DNA of 64,000 bases from Candidatus Tenderia sp. (GTDB lineage: Bacteria > Pseudomonadota > Gammaproteobacteria > Tenderiales > Tenderiaceae). The notes under the pieces were generated by a model. That model searched no databases. It was not told the DNA's origin and worked only from the letters and a program-made list of their open reading frames with translations. The first letter of the stretch is position 1; every line of letters begins with the position of its first letter. The position numbers and the translations under genes are program-made. Of this stretch, positions 62,751 through 64,000 are shown one piece after another. The stretch covers positions 21,087 through 85,086 of the forward strand of contig JANOSY010000089.1 in the NCBI GenBank assembly GCA_031416075.1. Direction: 5' to 3'.

Positions 62751-62928
62751 GATATAAACACCTCTGGTCAACCAAGTGTTAAGTAAAGTGTAAGGTAAGA
62801 TGCTTTACATTTAACTTTACACCATGGCGACGAAATTCACCAGTAACCACCAAATAAAAAATTAGTCGTGCGGGGGGGGGTGTCAACATCTGGATTCTGG
62901 CCCTTGTGTTCTATGGATATGTGCCCGA

Positions 62929-63031
62929 GTATCGGATTAGCGCAGCGTAAACCCGACAATACAGACTCAAATCAACCTCTGCTGTTGGGTTACGCTGCGC
63001 TCTTGTCCCCGAATGGGGGAACCCAACCTAC
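62929..63031. repeat. Inverted REP doublet (REPIN-like)
   Basis: CGGATTAGCGCAGCGTAAACCCGACA ... TGTTGGGTTACGCTGCGCT..AACCCAACCTAC. Confidence 0.7.
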
Positions 63032-63047
63032 ATTTTCTGGGATCGTT

Positions 63048-63452
63048 CTACCGCTCAAATCCACCATACTGTGCCAGAAAAGTTTTTATCCCCTCCCGCT
63101 CGAACCACTGCACATCCCACGCCTGTGTTGCCAATTTTTCGTGATGACGATAGAGGTAGACCGCTGCCATCACTACGCTGTTATCAGCCAGAGTTACGGG
63201 GGCTTCGATCTTTTCGTAATTATCGCCTTCGAAGTTGTCGAGGCGTTGCATATCTTCAGACCTGACATTCATGTAGAGGTGGCCGTCGATGTAATCGGCA
63301 GCTGATGCCGCGATGGCGGCAGGATAGGTTTCACCTTTGATGCAGCAGCGTTGATGGCCGTGGAGTCGTGCGGATTGTTTTTTGTATTCCCCACGCACGA
63401 CAACTGACCAGACTTGGGGGAACATGAGTGAGCCGTAGGTGAAGAGGTGCAT
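63048..63452 (-). CDS. Gamma-glutamylcyclotransferase (AIG2-like)
   Basis: LFTYGSLM, YPA, LDNFEG. Confidence 0.88.
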   Translation of the reverse strand: MHLFTYGSLMFPQVWSVVVRGEYKKQSARLHGHQRCCIKGETYPAAIAASAADYIDGHLYMNVRSEDMQRLDNFEGDNYEKIEAPVTLADNSVVMAAVYLYRHHEKLATQAWDVQWFEREGIKTFLAQYGGFER

Positions 63453-63459
63453 CTGTCAA

Positions 63460-64000
63460 TTACTCCTGGCGTTTACCAAACTCCGGCCTCACCTTGATCA
63501 ACGCGGCGGCGATGAAGGAGGGGATGGTGGCGATGCAGATCCAGATGAAGAAGTTTGTATAACCGAGCTGCTCCTGAATCCAGCCGCTGGCCATGCCGGG
63601 CAACATCATTCCCAGCGCCATGAAACCGGTACAGATTGCATAGTGCGCAGTTTTGTGTGTGCCGTCGGCAACCATGATCATGAAAAGCAGGTATGCCGCG
63701 AAACCGAATCCGTAGCCGAATTGCTCCACGGCAATCGCTGTCGCAATGACGACAACACTGTCTGGCAATGCGTAGGCAAGAAACACAAACGCCAGATTCG
63801 GCAGGTGCACCGACAGCAGCATCGGCCAGATCCAGCGCTTCAAGCCATGACGTGAAATCGCGTAGCCGCCGAGCAAGCCGCCGAGGGTAAGGGCGATTAC
63901 GCCGATGGTTCCGTACACCAGACCGACTTGCGCGGTGGTTAAGCCGAGCCCGCCCTTGCTGCCAGGGTCAAGCAAAAAAGGTGCTGCCAGCTTTAACGCC
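63460..64000 (-). CDS. AmpG-like MFS permease; 5' part lies outside the window
   Basis: PFLLD...GGLGL, EQFGYGFG, TAHYAICTGFMALG. Confidence 0.8.
   Translation of the reverse strand, partial: ALKLAAPFLLDPGSKGGLGLTTAQVGLVYGTIGVIALTLGGLLGGYAISRHGLKRWIWPMLLSVHLPNLAFVFLAYALPDSVVVIATAIAVEQFGYGFGFAAYLLFMIMVADGTHKTAHYAICTGFMALGMMLPGMASGWIQEQLGYTNFFIWICIATIPSFIAAALIKVRPEFGKRQE

Overview
Gammaproteobacterial chromosomal segment. Core block: mnmG-rsmG-parA-parB-atpIBEFHAGDC-glmU-glmS, plus truC, rapA, cmoAB, a TatD-family gene, several sensor kinases and a GGDEF/EAL protein. Short accessory cassettes with no integrase sit directly behind core genes. (i) Behind glmS: an IS4-like MITE, a PIN-domain/coiled-coil/transmembrane protein, a 5'-frameshifted REP-associated tyrosine transposase (RAYT) and a low-GC gene pair. 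(ii) Behind rapA: a kinase-dCTP deaminase (AvcD-like) gene and a small ORF, bracketed by two diverged copies of the last 66 rapA codons. (iii) Behind a radical SAM gene: a coupled TIGR04255-like / HTH / putative toxin triplet with a possible poly-C promoter spacer. GTAG-type REP hairpins mark most cassette borders. The best candidates for new biology are the TIGR04255 triplet, the rapA tail-swap defence cassette, REP-bounded cargo and the PIN-TM protein. All calls come from motif recognition by eye; no searches were run.
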